DNA of 64,000 bases, taken from assembly GCA_950097015.1 (NCBI GenBank), contig CATNEN010000038.1, positions 30,132,001 to 30,196,000 of the forward strand, written 5' to 3'. Below the pieces are notes generated by a model, which was given only the letters and a program-made list of their open reading frames with translations, ran no database searches and was not told the origin of the DNA. This DNA is from Macrostomum hystrix (lineage: Eukaryota; Animalia; Platyhelminthes). Of the stretch, positions 37,309 through 51,195 are shown piece by piece. Position 1 is the stretch's first letter; every line of letters starts with the position of its first letter. The translations under genes and the position numbers were made by a program.

Positions 37309-38097
37309 TTCCTTCAGTAGCAAGCCGTAAGAAAAAATGTGAAAATGAAAATAATTGTCTATCTCCCACCGAAAGGGGGCTAATATTGCTAGTCCACTGC
37401 ACTAAATGCAATACGTCCATACGTCACTACATAATGAAGGAAATAAACAGTTATTTTTTCTAGACTAAGAATATAAATTCAGAAGTTCAGAAATCTAGTA
37501 ATCTTTACTTAAAAATAAAGATTATAACAGCCAGACGGCAAATCCCTACACAATATCCTGTATCCTAACTGATCCTATCTGACTTGATGAGCGAAAACAA
37601 CTGTTCCAAACCTAGGTATAGCAATTGCATTCTGTGGACTATGAAAATACAGGTTATCTGTAATTGGTGCGCCTAGACTTCAGGACAAGCTGCAGAAATC
37701 TATCTGAAGATTTATACGAAACGCATGTGAAAGCAACAAAAGAACTATGACAAAAATTTATAAAGAAGGGAAAGCATTCTGTAACTATAGGATTCGATTA
37801 ATTCACTTAGACACAATCAGTAGCAATGAACAATGAAATAGATAATTGTCCTTTTGTGTGTCACGTCACTTCCTATGGCGTGAATGCAGTTGATAAGGAC
37901 AAAAGACTGCTACAATTGATGAATAATAAGGACTCGCAGAGTTGAAAAAAATTCCATTCACTATAAATAACCACACTTTTTAACCAAAACTTTACAACTG
38001 AGTTATTAACTTCAAAAGCGTCTATACTTTTACATAAACATATATTTCGCTGCTTTTCGTCTTGCTCCCGTCTGCATCTAATTAAGATTTTGCCTTT

Positions 38098-38725
38098 AGT
38101 TCGATTCTAGGGATAGTCTTTGGTTGGATTCTAGGAAAGGTTTCGTGTTCGATTCTAGGAAAGGTTTCGGGTTTGATTCTAGCAAAGGTTTCGTGTTCGA
38201 TTCTAGGAAAGGTTTCGGGTTTGATTCTAGCAAAGGTTTCGTGTTCGATTCTAGGAAATGTTTCGGGTTTGATTCTAGCAAAGGTTTCGGGTTTGATTCT
38301 AGGAAAGGTTTCGGGCTTGGTTCTAGGAAAGGTTTCGGGTTTGATTCTAGCAAAGGTTTCGTGTTCGATTCTAGGAAAGGTTTCGGGTTTGATTCTAGGA
38401 AAGGTTTCTGGTTAGATTCTAGGAAAGGTTTCGGTTTTTATTCTAGGAAAGGTTTCGGGTTTGATTCTAGGAAAGGTTTCGGGTTTGATTCTAGAAATGG
38501 TTTCGTATTTGATTCTAGGAAAGGTTTCGGGTTTGATTCTAGGAAAGGTTTCGGGTTGGATTCTAGAAATGGTTTCGTGCTCGATTCTAGGAAAGGTTTC
38601 GGGTTTGATTCTAGAAATGGTTTCGGGTTTGATTCTAGGAAAGGTTTCGGGTATAAATTTAAGAAAGGTTTCGGGTTTAATTTTAAGAAAGGTTTCGGGT
38701 TTCATTATAAGAAAGGTTTTGGGTA
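38098..38725. repeat. 24-bp minisatellite (GATTCTAGGAAAGGTTTCGGGTTT)
   Basis: About 26 units. Confidence 0.95.
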
Positions 38726-39151
38726 AGATTTTAGCTACCTACTCGGCATTTGGGGTGGAATGTATTATTTAGCCCATTGTATCTGCGAACAATTAAAAAG
38801 CGAAAAAACTGGTCTAGTTAAAAAAAACATTGAAAACTGCGAGTTTTTCTAAGCTACTGTGAATTTTGTAAATTCCATTCCGCACAAGTACTTTAAGCTA
38901 CGTCGTACAAGTACTAAATTTTTTAAAAGTGGAATTTGTTTTAGAAAAAGTCAATTATCAACGAGCTACAATTATCTGCGTGATTATAATAAGTTCAGGT
39001 GGGCTACGCTAGTTGATTACGCTTCGCTGAATATAGTGATTGACAGGTATAATGATTTACGGCTTAATAAACATCTATAACCGGGGGCTAATAGGCAATA
39101 GTTCTGGATTAAAAAGTCCAACATGAGCAAGCAGAAAAACAAATAACTTAC

Positions 39152-39189
39152 TGTATTCTGGCATTCCGCTGAGCGCACGAGTGAGACAT
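39152..39189 (-). CDS. Candidate short alternative first coding exon (MSHSCAQRNARI)
   Basis: ATG with an upstream in-frame TAA; consensus GTAAGT donor in phase 2, in frame with exon 36600-36989. Confidence 0.35.
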
Positions 39190-39575
39190 CCATGCAGTTT
39201 AATTATCGATTGCAGAGATTAGCTTGTCAGCTAAATTACATTACACATTATATTTGACAGGCACATAAGATGCTAAAATTATCAGTATATACAATCTGCT
39301 ACTAATATAGACCCCGGAATTGCTCAGTGCACTCTTTAGTGCTTTCTAGGTAGCCAATAGCAGTGTCTGTGGGATTATACTATCCTCATTGGTTGTTACC
39401 GATGTTAAGTCGTCACAAGTTATAGTATAGTCTCATAGTCTGCATAGCTACACTGTATATGGTCTTTGAAAACCACACAAAACTGTAACAACTATTAATA
39501 TGGTGGCAACTAGACCCGCAGCCCGCAGCACGAGGAGGCCACTCTGCCCATTTCGCTTAATCTTGAGCATGCACG

Positions 39576-39797
39576 CTCACACAGGTGTGTACATCTGCCC
39601 TGACTTTCTCATCCTCAGGCAGTGTACACTCTCACTGTGCCTTGGAGGTTGGCCCTCAATGGCGTAAATTGCACGACAAGCCCCCAAGCCTTCTCTCCGC
39701 GGCTGCGCCCCAAAATGAATGTGGCCTCGCCGCGGAATCGAGCTCAGGGACCTTGGTGCGAGAGGCAAACGCGTTAACCGCTCTGCCACTCGCCCGC
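39576..39797 (-). mobile_element. SINE family A, copy 2
   Basis: Reverse-complement match to 18683-18880. Confidence 0.8.
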
Positions 39798-40691
39798 CTA
39801 ATAACTATGGGTTAGATGTTACATTTTTATATTGTTCATACATCATGGCAAAGCAATTCCGTGTGTGGCCCCATTAACTGTTGTGCAATAGTTTCTAAAA
39901 AGCACATTCGTTTCCGGTCTTAACCTGAAGATCCTGCAGCTCTACTCAAATTTTGCCCAAGGCTGATTGAACAGTAGGAAGAAGATAAAAATTATCCCTC
40001 CCTATAGATTTCTCCCTCGATGTATCAAAAGAGCCGGACGCATTTCTATAGAAGAAATCAAATATAACAGGAAAAATAGGATCGCCAATACTGCCCCTTT
40101 AAGTCTGCATTTTCTTGCCCAAAAACACCGTCTTTTTTCAGATTTCCTAAGCTAGCTTTTTTAGGTCATACAAGTGACGACAGAAGCAAATAGCATATAC
40201 ATATGCAATAATATTACACAGGGGAGAGAATGGGAGATAAGAACACACACAGGGGGGCAGAAACGCGATAGGGGAGGCGAATGCAAAGTATCTGTACATG
40301 CGTGACGCGATCGAATTTCTTATAAAGCCTTCTTAGGCTACTAGCACATAATGGCTAGATTCTGTTTTCTACAGTCGCTCGGTGTTCGCACCTTAAATTT
40401 TGTATTCTCTTTTTTTCGTAATATTGGGCATATCGCCATGCGGAGAAAATGCAATCAGTAGGATAAGTGCAACCATTAGGCCGCTCTTCAAATTCAACCA
40501 GATCAGATGCTAGATTGATGATGCTAGCATTTTAACATGTGTATCGAAACCGTATTTTAAATACTACATTACATACTTAAAAGTAGTAGTTTTCCATAAT
40601 AAATGTTTACCTCAGTAAATATACACAAAAAATAATTTGGGAAAAATCTACAATTACAAGCAGAAATCCAATTGAGAAGTAAAAAATTCAC

Positions 40692-41345
40692 TGTTTGTGA
40701 GGCTTCCGTTTTGATAAGCATCTAGTTTGTGAGGCCTCCGCTTTGATAAGCATCTAGTTTTTTAGGCTTCCACTTTGATAAGCATTTAGTTTGTGAGGCC
40801 TCCGCTTTGATAAGCATTTAGTTTGTGAGGCCTCCGCTTTGATAAGCATTTAGTTTGTGAGGCCTCCGCTTTGATAAGCATTTAGTTTGTGAGGCTTCCA
40901 CTTTGATAAGCATCTAGTTTGTGAGGCCTCCGCTTTGATAAGCATCTAGTTTGTGAGGCCTCCGCTTTGATAAGCATTTAGTTTGTGAGGCTTCCACTTT
41001 GATAAGCATCTAGTTTGTGAGGCCTCCGCTTTGATAAGCATCTAGTTTGTGAGGCCTCCGCTTTGATAAGCATCTAGTTTGTGAGGCCTCCGCTTTGATA
41101 AGCATTTAGTTTGTGAGTTCTCCGCTTTGATAAGCATCTAGTTTGTGAGGCTTCCACTTTGATAAGCATCTAGTTTGTGAGGCCTCCGCTTTGATAATAA
41201 GCATCTAGTTTGTGAGGCCTCCGCTTTGATAAGCATCTAGTTTGTGAGGCTTCCGCGTTGAGAAACATATTGTTTTTCGGCTTTGAGAAACTTTTGTTTG
41301 CGAGATTGTCTGCTTTGAGAAACGTTTTGTTTGTGAGGCTTCTGC
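40692..41345. repeat. 32-bp minisatellite (GTTTGTGAGGCCTCCGCTTTGATAAGCATCTA)
   Basis: About 17 units plus a degenerate end. Confidence 0.95.
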
Positions 41346-41454
41346 TTCAGTTGAGGCACCCGTTTTGTGAGACGAGTTTGAGCATGTGAGACACAGTAGC
41401 ATTCGTGTGTAAAAATATTCTACTGGTTTGCAAAAAAAGTATTAAAAAACTTAC

Positions 41455-41626
41455 CCAGTAGCAAAAAGCATTTTCTTGCACCTGTCTAACTGGCTGCTCA
41501 AATTAAACAGCTGAGTAGTGGTAAGCAGGTGATTAGACCTAGCGAAAGCAGCCTCGCAAGCCGCTAATTCTTCCGCTAAATCTCCAGCATCTGCAGGTAT
41601 GGGCAGTTTAGGCAAATCAAAAGTAG

Positions 41627-41663
<37 letters not shown>

Positions 41664-41987
41664 AGGAACCATAGAGAAATCTGAGGCAGAGCCGCCAGAC
41701 GAAGTCCTACTTCGAGCGGCAGAGCTGCGCGGATATCGCTGGCCTATTGTCTCTGTGAGGCGCTGGAGTCGCTGCTTCAATTCGGAAGCCAATTTGTCTC
41801 GCTGGCCATCGGTTGTCGATCGAATCCGACCAACATTGGTTTTAGCAGCGTCAGCAGCTGTCAAATCTTCAACGTTGAACTGAGAAGACTGCGACGGTGG
41901 CGACTGCCAAGTCAGGCAGCTCAAATCGCGGAAGCCTCTGCGCTGAAGTTGCTCAGTTAGGGAGGCCATGCGACGCTCGGAAGATGG
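41455..41987 (-). CDS. DMD: Dystrophin rod exon
   Basis: gttcag|PSSERRMASLTEQL..polyQ..|gtaag; phases 0/2. Confidence 0.82.
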
Positions 41988-42068
41988 CTGAACAAAAAAT
42001 AATATGAAAAGTTGTACGAATGTATGCGTAAACATTCATCAATACTTTACATTGAAACTATTTCTTAC

Positions 42069-42182
42069 CTGACCCGAGTTAGCAAGGTCTTGCAGAGAAG
42101 ACAGTTCAGCTGCCAACTGGTGAGTAGAGTTGAAGAATGAAACCTCTTTTTCTAGGCAGGACAGCTTGTCGCGCCAGAATGC
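42069..42182 (-). CDS. DMD: Dystrophin rod exon
   Basis: ctacag|AFWRDKLSCLEKEVSFFNSTHQLAAELSSLQDLANSGQ|gtaag; followed by an 81-nt intron. Confidence 0.82.
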
Positions 42183-42224
42183 CTGTAGAGACAAAAGCAT
42201 AATTACATATTCGTTCGTGTTCGT

Positions 42225-43642
42225 TCGGTCGTAAGAGACGCACTTTGGTCGTAAGAGACGCACTTTGGTCGTAAGAGACGCACTTTGGTCGTAAGAGACG
42301 CACTTTGGTCGTAAGAGAAGCGTTATGGTTGTAAGAGAAGCGTTATGGTTGTAAGAGAAGCGTTATGGTTGTAAGAGAAGCGCTTTGGTTGTAAGAGAAG
42401 CGTTATGGTTATAAGAGAAGCGCTTTGGTTGTAAGAGAAGCGTTATGGTTATAAGAGAAGCGCTTTGGTTGTAAGAGAAGCGTTATGGTTGTAAGAGAAG
42501 CGCTTTGGTCGTAAGAGAAGCGTTTTGGTTGTAAGAGAAGCGCTTTGGTCGTAAGAGAAGCGCTTTGGTCGTAAGAGAAGCGTTATGGTCGTAAGAGAAG
42601 CGTTATGGTTGTAAGAGAAGCGCTTCAAATGGTTGTAAGAGAAGCGCTTTGGTTGTAAGAGAAGCGTTATGGTTGTAAGAGAAGCGCTTCAAATGGTTGT
42701 AAGAGAAGCGCTTTGGTCGTAAGAGAAGCGTTATGGTTGTAAGAGAAGCGCTTCAAATGGTTGTAAGAGAAGCGCTTTGGTTGTAAGAGAAGCGCTTTGG
42801 TTGTAAGAGAAGCGCTTTGGTTGTAAGAGAAGCGCTATGGTTGTAAGAGAAGCGCTTTGGTTGTAAGAGAAGCGCTTTGGTTGTAAGAGAAGCGCTTTGG
42901 TTGTAAGAGAAGCGCTTTGGTTGTAAGAGAAGCGCTTTGGTTGTAAGAGAAGCGCTTTGGTTGTAAGAGAAGCGCTTTGGTTGTAAGAGAAGCGCTTTGG
43001 TTGTAAGAGAAGCGCTTTGGTTGTAAGAGAAGCGCTTTGGTTGTAAGAGAAGCGCTTTGGTTGTAAGAGAAGCGCTTTGGTTGTAAGAGAAGCGCTTTGG
43101 TTGTAAGAGAAGCGCTTTGGTTGTAAGAGAAGCGCTTTGGTTGTAAGAGAAGCGCTTTGGTTGTAAGAGAAGCGCTTTGGTTGTAAGAGAAGCGCTTTGG
43201 TTGTAAGAGAAGCGCTTTGGTTGTAAGAGAAGCGTTTTGGTCGTAAGAGAAGCGTTATGGTTGTAAGAGAAGCGCTTTGGTTGTAAGAGAAGCGCTTTGG
43301 TTGTAAGAGAAGCGCTTTGGTTGTAAGAGAAGCGCTTTGGTTGTAAGAGAAGCGCTTTGGTTGTAAGAGAAGCGCTTTGGTTGTAAGAGAAGCGCTTTGG
43401 TTGTAAGAGAAGCGCTTTGGTAGTAAGAGAAGCGCTTTGGTTGTAAGAGAAGCGCTTTGGTTGTAAGAGAAGCGCTTTGGTTGTAAGAGAAGCGCTTTGG
43501 TTGTAAGAGAAGCGCTTTGGTTGTAAGAGAAGCGCTTTGGTTGTAAGAGAAGCGCTTTGGTTGTAAGAGAAGCGCTTTGGTTGTAAGAGAAGCGCTTTGG
43601 TTGTAAGAGAAGCGCTTTGGTTGTAAGAGAAGCGCTTTGGTA
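42225..43642. repeat. 20-bp minisatellite (TTGTAAGAGAAGCGCTTTGG)
   Basis: About 70 units; very homogeneous over 42780-43640. Confidence 0.98.
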
Positions 43643-43876
43643 GTTGGATAATCGTTTGAGCCGCTGAATAACCATTTAAGCCGTCAAAGAAGCGTTTTAA
43701 ACGACTTCATTGAGCGGCTTGTCACGATAGAGTTATTATCTACTGGATCATCACCCCCTGTCATCTGCGCATCGATATGGGTACTGGTGAGTTGATTTGA
43801 CAGGTTTTCATGCACGTCTCCAGTGGCTTTGAATTGTAGCTTTCCTAAAGCTATTTTTAACACAACTTAATCTCAC

Positions 43877-44083
43877 CTGCAGCTGCAGTAATTCGTGTCG
43901 ATGAGACAGCACAGACGGTGGTAAAATATCTTCATCTTCTTCGTCAGCCGTGGCGCGGTAGTTTGAAGTCCTGCCACCCCGACTAGATGAACGCTTGGTG
44001 GCAGCAGTGGGATAGGCAATGTCGAACTCGGCTATGGCAGCCTCAATATCGCAGTCTATTAAACCGCTTTGACCGCGATAGAA
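43877..44083 (-). CDS. DMD: Dystrophin rod exon
   Basis: atgtag|FYRGQSGLIDCDIEAAIAEF..HELLQLQ|gtgag; 69 open codons, GC-rich against its flanks; not in the ORF track. Confidence 0.75.
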
Positions 44084-46287
44084 CTACATAATTGAGGACA
44101 GGGTTTGAAAGAATAGCATTCAGCTGTGTCAAGCCATGAATTTGTGAAGACGAAAAAATCTAAGTTTTTATAATTAATGAACTGTTGCGCTCGTGACGCC
44201 TACAAAACTTAGATTTTTGTTTTATTTGAAACTTTATATTAAAAAAACCAACATAAGCACCAATTAACAGGATAGAAAATGTGAAAACCGAAGTTTACAG
44301 TCCGTGCGATAGACTGAGGGTAAAAAACAACCATTTGTACCTATTTTTCTTTTAAAGAACTACGAAACAATTTATTAAATTGCAGATTTAAAAATTAAAA
44401 ATATTTGTAAATTTCGTAAATTACTGAACTTTCTTCGTAGGCTAGAAGAACTTTATTTTTCTCTTTCATGAATATGCAATCCGATTGCCAAAAAAGTTAT
44501 CTTTGTGATTGCAATTCTAGAACTTTGTGGTGCTTAAGCAATGGTGGTAGCAATTTTCACGTGATGAGCTTGATGAGATTATTTTACAGTAAATTTGAGT
44601 CTTCAACAAATGAACACAATAAATTTAGTTGAATCGATAGGCACTTTAGGGCGAGCGTAAAAGAGGAAGTTTATAAAAATACGTTAAATGCAAAGGGCAA
44701 TCAATTTTTTTCTTGTTTTTATTTAATGAGACATCATTATAGAAAAGGCATAGGGCTTTTGCGCATAGGTATTTGAGAAAAAATATTTGATATTCAGATA
44801 TCAGATATTAGTGTTGCAGACGGATCAGCAATACGTGGATAATTATGGTAAACAAGACGTAAAACGAAAAATGGAATAATCAATAATTTTGATGTTGATG
44901 ATATTAGAACTCAAAGCAGTCACACGGGGCAAGCCTAAAACCAGCAGGCCTGAATCCTGACCGATAAGCCACTATGTAATTTTCACCGTTTTAATGCATT
45001 CTTGATTATAGCACTGAAATATATCAGAGACTGATGTTTTAAGCCAACAATAATACATTAAAGAATTAAGAACACAGCCCAAGGGTGTTATCACAGACGC
45101 ATACAAACACAGCAATCTAAGCTGGCCATTTTAATTTTAAGACATTTTTACATCGCCAAAACTGCTAAAGCATTAGTTGAAAGATTAATTTGCCAAAATA
45201 GCTTAAGGACCAGAAGGATTATGAAGCCAAAGCAATCATCATTCTAATTATATTTTCTGTTTTAGAATTTTAAGAAGTGTTTTTTAACAAACAGAAAGTC
45301 GAAGTATTGATTTACTAACTTGATCATGCATATATGACTAATTTTTCTAAGAAGTAGATTAAACTCAAACTAATAAATTTGTTTCTACATAAGTTGGGCA
45401 TTAAAATTGAGCTTGCTTTCTTAAAAACTTATCTACGAAATTGTGCACGTGCGATACAACACTGACATTGATTTCAGAACGTCGCGTCTTTGCTAAAACC
45501 GAAATACTGTGTTAACCCAGACTTATAGGCCGAAGTATTACTCGTATTAGTTGGCCGAAACTAAATACTTGAATGTAAAAAGTTTGATTATATAACTACT
45601 AAAGTATTTTTTGATTTAATAGTTGAGGAAAGTACTTCCAGCATATCTAGAAGATCTTAAATAACGAATATATAATGCTTCCGTCATTTGAGATAGAAAA
45701 TAATAAATTTGTTTTCAACCATTTAAAGAAATAGTAATTATATCACAAATTGTAGTTGAGAAACTTTTTCATTTCATATTGTTGTCTTTACACCATAACT
45801 TACTGAATTGCAAAAGTCCGAAAATATCTGCAAAAATGGAAAAGTTTAGTTTTATGGATATATTACAATGCAGCAAAATAATTTTAACAACACATAAAAG
45901 AAATAACAGTTCTTCGTTAAAAGTGCATCTTACAAATAATAATAAGAACTTAGGCGTGAGTGCAGAGAAATCAATGTTTAGTTTATAATGTGCAATTTTG
46001 CTTCAAATTGTTAATTGTATTTTTCAGAACAATAATTTTAAGCTTAAAGTATAAGTATATGTCTATGTATCACTATTGAAATAGTTCAACTTTATACAAA
46101 CACGTCAAAGACCACGTAAATGTTAGTATATACATCTTTTTGATTGTAAAGTATGTTAGAAGCAGTTATTTTTACTTTACCTATAAACTATGTATTTACG
46201 AATGTGCGTTTACCTCATAGTTACACTACTGACAAGTAGCGTGTTTAGTAATTATTAAAACTTTTTTGAGATTGATAACACTCTTAC

Positions 46288-46551
46288 CTCTGCTTGCGTC
46301 CGAATCTGGTCCACGCCGACAACGCTGGCCAGAGAGTCGCGCATTAACTGAGCGCCGCGCACAAGATCCTCAATCTGGCCGCGAATACCATTTAAGCGCT
46401 CCTTGGCAACAGCCATGCTAGCGGATGGAGACTGGGGAACTTGCGGTTGAGTTGGCTGCACCTGCTGAGCAGCTTGATTTTCCTGAGTAATTGCTTCCTG
46501 TGGTACAAAGACTTCTTCGTTGCTACCATTGTTGTCGCTTTTTGTCAAGCT
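46288..46551 (-). CDS. DMD: Dystrophin rod exon
   Basis: cacag|SLTK..AKERLNGIRGQIEDL..QAE|gtaag; phases 0/0. Confidence 0.82.
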
Positions 46552-47635
46552 CTGTGTGTAGAAAATTGGTTGTTGAAAATGTCAAGATATTTTAAAGCAA
46601 ATTTACAACTACGTAGCATAATAAGGAGATAAAAAATTACAATACAGTAATTAAAAAACAATTTTTAAACCTTACCGACACGCAAAAAAGTTGAAATCCC
46701 TCAAATAAACATTTGTGGCCATTTTAGACTTGCTATATATTTAAATATTTCAGAGGGGATACTTTTTGCTAGTTCTGTATACTAAATCGTTAACTTTATT
46801 TCAGTCATATGTATTCAAACAAATATTTTCCTTGGGCTGATAATTGACCACTTTAGAAGTACAAATCTATACGCCATAATCCCAGCTAAACTTACACTCT
46901 ATAAAAGTAAGAAAATGTTAGCTGAGCAAAATGGCTCAGAGGAAGGAGGGTATGAAACTAGCATCAATCATTTTGTTGTTTTTTGATTACAGATCTCTAT
47001 ATATATAAATATTGTGTGGAATAGTTTGTCCAGAATATTTTTTAGAATGAGGCGGAGCAGCCCTTCTCAGCCGACTGTACAGTTGATAATTGATGAGTCA
47101 ATATAATTGTCTGTTCTAGGGAGATGTAATCTATATTAAATTTATAGCTATAGTTTCAGTTTTAGATCTCATGATGATGAGTTTGATACTGCGTCCACGT
47201 GATGCTAATTCGTAAAGGGATGAAGGCAGGGGGTCAATATACACCTTAATCGACTGGGTTGTATGTCCTTGCATAGCTATCTAATTTTTTAATCCAATAT
47301 GTTGATGGATAACCCAAAAATGCAGGAAAAACAGGAAAAAAGCAAGCGACAGAGAAAAATAAAGTAAATCACCTGTTAATAAAAATATCCACCTATAGTT
47401 TAACTATTTCATGCTTTACAAGAACACCTTTTGCTATACTGCTTCGTATCCATTAGTGCTGAAAATATGAACACGGTTGAGCACTTTACTCAATTAAACC
47501 CTAGCACCTTACTCAATTAACACCGTCGATGCATTATTGCGCTTTTAACCTTTCAGTGCGTGAATTGTTACCCAAACTATTTCTGTTTGGGTACAGGTAC
47601 CGGTACAGAGCACAGGTACCGTACTTAGGAACACA

Positions 47636-47803
47636 CTCACACAGGTGTGTAAATCTGCGCCTTGTGACTTTCTCATTGTCAGGCAGTGTACGCTCCGATT
47701 GTGCCTTGGAGGTTGGCCCTTAAGGGCGTAAACTGCATGACAAGCCCCCCAAAGCATCGAAATTTGGGACCGTGGTGCGAGAGGCAAACGGATTAACCGA
47801 CCA
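47636..47803 (-). mobile_element. SINE family A, copy 3 (internally deleted)
   Basis: Matches 39576-39797 with about 50 bp missing. Confidence 0.75.
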
Positions 47804-48047
47804 ACCCCTATTAGTTGTCTTTGTCGCCAGGGTTTTCGACAAGAATCGTTGAATATCTCGACTGTGTCTTTGAAATACTCCCGTGGTCTTCCCCCAGGGA
47901 GAAAAACAGCGTCTACTGCTGACTGCCGCAGTTGCTCTTTACCTGTTAGTGTACGTTTTTTTAATCTATTTGTCGTTATGTTTTCTATTGTGTCACTCTG
48001 TCTCGATTTACCAGTGTACGAGAAATAGTCAACAGCGTGATGGTTAC

Positions 48048-48260
48048 CTTCAATTTTTCATCAATCCCATCTAGGCGTTCCAAAGCAACTGAGGCAGCTT
48101 CGCAGACTTCAGCCGGAGTCGTGACAGCAAACGATTGCAAGCTTTGCTGCTGCTGCTGCTGCTGCTGATGAGGCTTCGCTTGCGAGCCCAACAGATTTGC
48201 GGCAGCGTCCCGTACTTCGCCAACTCGAGAGCGAACCTCAGATAGTTCCAACTGAAGGTT
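48048..48260 (-). CDS. DMD: Dystrophin exon (spectrin repeat)
   Basis: tttcag|NLQLELSEVRSRVGEVRDAAANLL..DEKLK|gtaac. Confidence 0.88.
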
Positions 48261-48475
48261 CTGAAATTTTGAGACAGTAGGCATCACATATATATTTTAA
48301 TTGCGTACAATTGTTCAGTCTATGGACGATTTCTTTCCCATTTAATGCTGGCAAAATGACGCACTGATGGTGAGATTCGAACCACATACCTTTAGTCTAA
48401 GATTCTAGACGCAACTAAAATCTACTTGTAGTAGTATCTCGTAATTTAAGAATTAACACTAATTATAATCAATGA

Positions 48476-48675
48476 TTACACCTGCCCAAAATTGGATCCA
48501 ATTTGTGCAGCCCATGGATTGGAGGGACGCCACACCCACCCTCGATTAACCCTGCGAATGATGGTACCCATTTAACAGCTGTGCGAACTGAATCAATGCA
48601 AAGATACGTGTCATGGAGAACAATACTAGTTGTTTCAGTGAAGGCGGGAATCGAACCGCCGAACTTCAACTCGAA
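48476..48675 (-). mobile_element. SINE family B, diverged copy
   Basis: TTACACCTGCCC..GGGACGCCACACCCACC..GGGAATCGAACC shared with 26307-26592. Confidence 0.7.
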
Positions 48676-49409
48676 CTAGAGTGAACTAAATTTCTATATT
48701 AAGTAGTAATACAACAGATGGTAGATACTTTGATCGTAGTATTTATAGCTTACCCCATTCAAGTTAGTAAGCTTCGAGGTGAGAAATGAAGAAAATTTAT
48801 TGGCAAACATGTCTCAGTAAAAAAATCGATTTTTTAACGATGTGCTAGTTTGAGTTTCTCTTCTGAAAGCAGCATGGGCTATATGAGCTAGCTATAAGAG
48901 GCGAGGTTAGGCTATAGAGAAGCAGCATTTTCGTTCAACCAATGAAGCGTCGACGTAGACAGAGACACTAGTAGCCATTCTAAATCAATGAATGGACACC
49001 AAATGACCACATAGGGGTACTAAATGTATATCTTACTGACATTCACACATATATCAGTTATCATTTATTTGAATAAATATAAATCTCTAACTACAAACAT
49101 CAACTCATTGATAGCCAACAGTAAAAAACTTTTCTCGCATCAGAAATTGCATTTTATAACAATCCGTCGGAGAGTTTTTAACTGAGAAAACCGAATTTCG
49201 TTTGGCGTTAGAATATCAATGTCATATCATTAGGTGCAGTGGCACAATCTTATTTACATTGCTCGCGTTTTCAATAAAAAACGTATTTATGCAAAAAAAG
49301 AAATGCTAGGAAATATGGTCCACTTTCACGATTTAATCAATAGTGATTTTTTATTTACAGTCAGTTGCTATAGTGAAAATCTGTGCGTTTGCTGGATTCG
49401 ATTCCCGTT

Positions 49410-49985
49410 AGTAAGGATTTCGGCTAGTTGGGATTTCAGTCAGTTCGTATATCAGTCAGTTGGGATTTCACTTAGTTGGGATTTCATTTAGTTGGGATTT
49501 CATTTAGTTGGGATTTCATTTAGTTGGGATTTCAGTCAGTTGGGATATCAGTCAGTTGGGATTTCACTTAGTTGGGATTTCATTTAGTTGGGATTTCATT
49601 TAGTTGGGATTTCATTTAGTTGGGATTTCATTTAGTTGGGATTTCATTTAGTTGGGATTTCATTTAGTTGGGATTTCAGTCCGTTGGGATTTCAGTCAGT
49701 TGGGATTTCAGTCAGTTGGGATTTCAGTCAGTTGGGATTTCAGTCAGTTGGGAGTTCAGTCAGTTGGGATTTCAGTCAGTTAGGATTTCAGTCAGTTGGG
49801 ATTTCAGTCAGTTGGGATATCAGTCAGTTGGGATTTCAGTCAGTTGGGATTTCAGTTAGTTGGGATTTCAGTTACTTGGGATTTCAGTCAGTTGGGATTT
49901 CAGTCAGTTGGGATTTCAGTTGGGATTTCAGATAGTTAAGATTTCAGTAAGATGGGATTTCAACTTTTAGGATTTTAGTTAGTTT
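49410..49985. repeat. 16-bp minisatellite (AGTTGGGATTTCAGTC), block 1
   Basis: About 35 units. Confidence 0.95.
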
Positions 49986-50784
49986 GGATTTAAGCGAACG
50001 TGGAGTTTACTACTTTGGAAGATAAAGTAGGACCATTTTCCTTATATTTAACCATGTGAACTCCTGTCTAGTTATATAACTAGCTCGTATTCGTCAATCA
50101 GTTATTTACGTGACATAAAATGCGACTACTATGCTAGAAGCAATGAGAAACACACTCGCCAAAGATAATATACGAGTAGTACGCGATGCAGTTTTACTAA
50201 TTCAATTATTCCAGGCAAGACAAAATACGTGACCCGACTGTTGCAGAATCATTATTCTATAGTTACTACACGAGCTAGAGAAAAATAGCAACAAAAAGAT
50301 GAAAGAGGAAACGGGCTACTACTGCTAAAGACTGCCCATATTCCATTCGGCCCATAGTCAAATCAATCATCTATGAGACATGTCCAAGTTTAGCTAGTAT
50401 ATGTGTTGCTGTGTTGTTGCTTAGTATAGTAGATAGAATGCCATATCCCTATACTGCAGCTCAGATGAGTAAATGAGATGGGAAAATATAGAGTGAAGCA
50501 GGAGGATATTTTAAGGATGCTAAAGTGAGCAGCTATGCAAGCTGCTATCTAGAAAGCGGCTTATCTTGTAAAATAGCTCCAAGTTAATGCCTTAGAGACT
50601 AAAGCTAATATTATCTATCTAGCATACATAACAGAGCATAAATTTACACTCTGCAGTCACACAGGCATCTTACCTTGAGTTATTAGAAGCGAAGTTTTTA
50701 TCTCAATCCATAATACGGATACGTAAGTCATAAACAATAATTTAATATTTTTTTGTTCACGAGGTAGGTAGATCATCATTTTAG

Positions 50785-51195
50785 CTAGTTGGGATTCCAG
50801 TTCGATGGGTTTTCAGTTAGTTGGGATTTCAGTCAGTTAGGATTTCAGTTAACTGAGATAATAGCTTTTTGGGATTTCAATCAGTTGGGATTTCAGTTAC
50901 ATGGGATTTCAGTTGGGATTTCAGTCAGCTGGGATTTCAGTTACTTGGGATTTCAGTTAGTTAATATTTCACTTAGTTGGGACTTCAGTCAGTTAGGATT
51001 TCAGTCAGATAGGATTTCAGTCAGTTGGGATTTCAGTTGGGATTTCAGTCAGTTAGGATTTCAGCTAGTTGAGTTTTCAGTTATTTGGGATTTCAGTTAG
51101 TTGGGATTTCAGTCAGATGGGATTTCAGTTGGGATTCCAGTCAGTTGGGATTTCAATTACTTGGCCAGTTGGGAGTTAAGTAAGTTGGGATTTAA
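50785..51195. repeat. 16-bp minisatellite, block 2 (more diverged)
   Basis: Same unit as 49410-49985. Confidence 0.9.
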
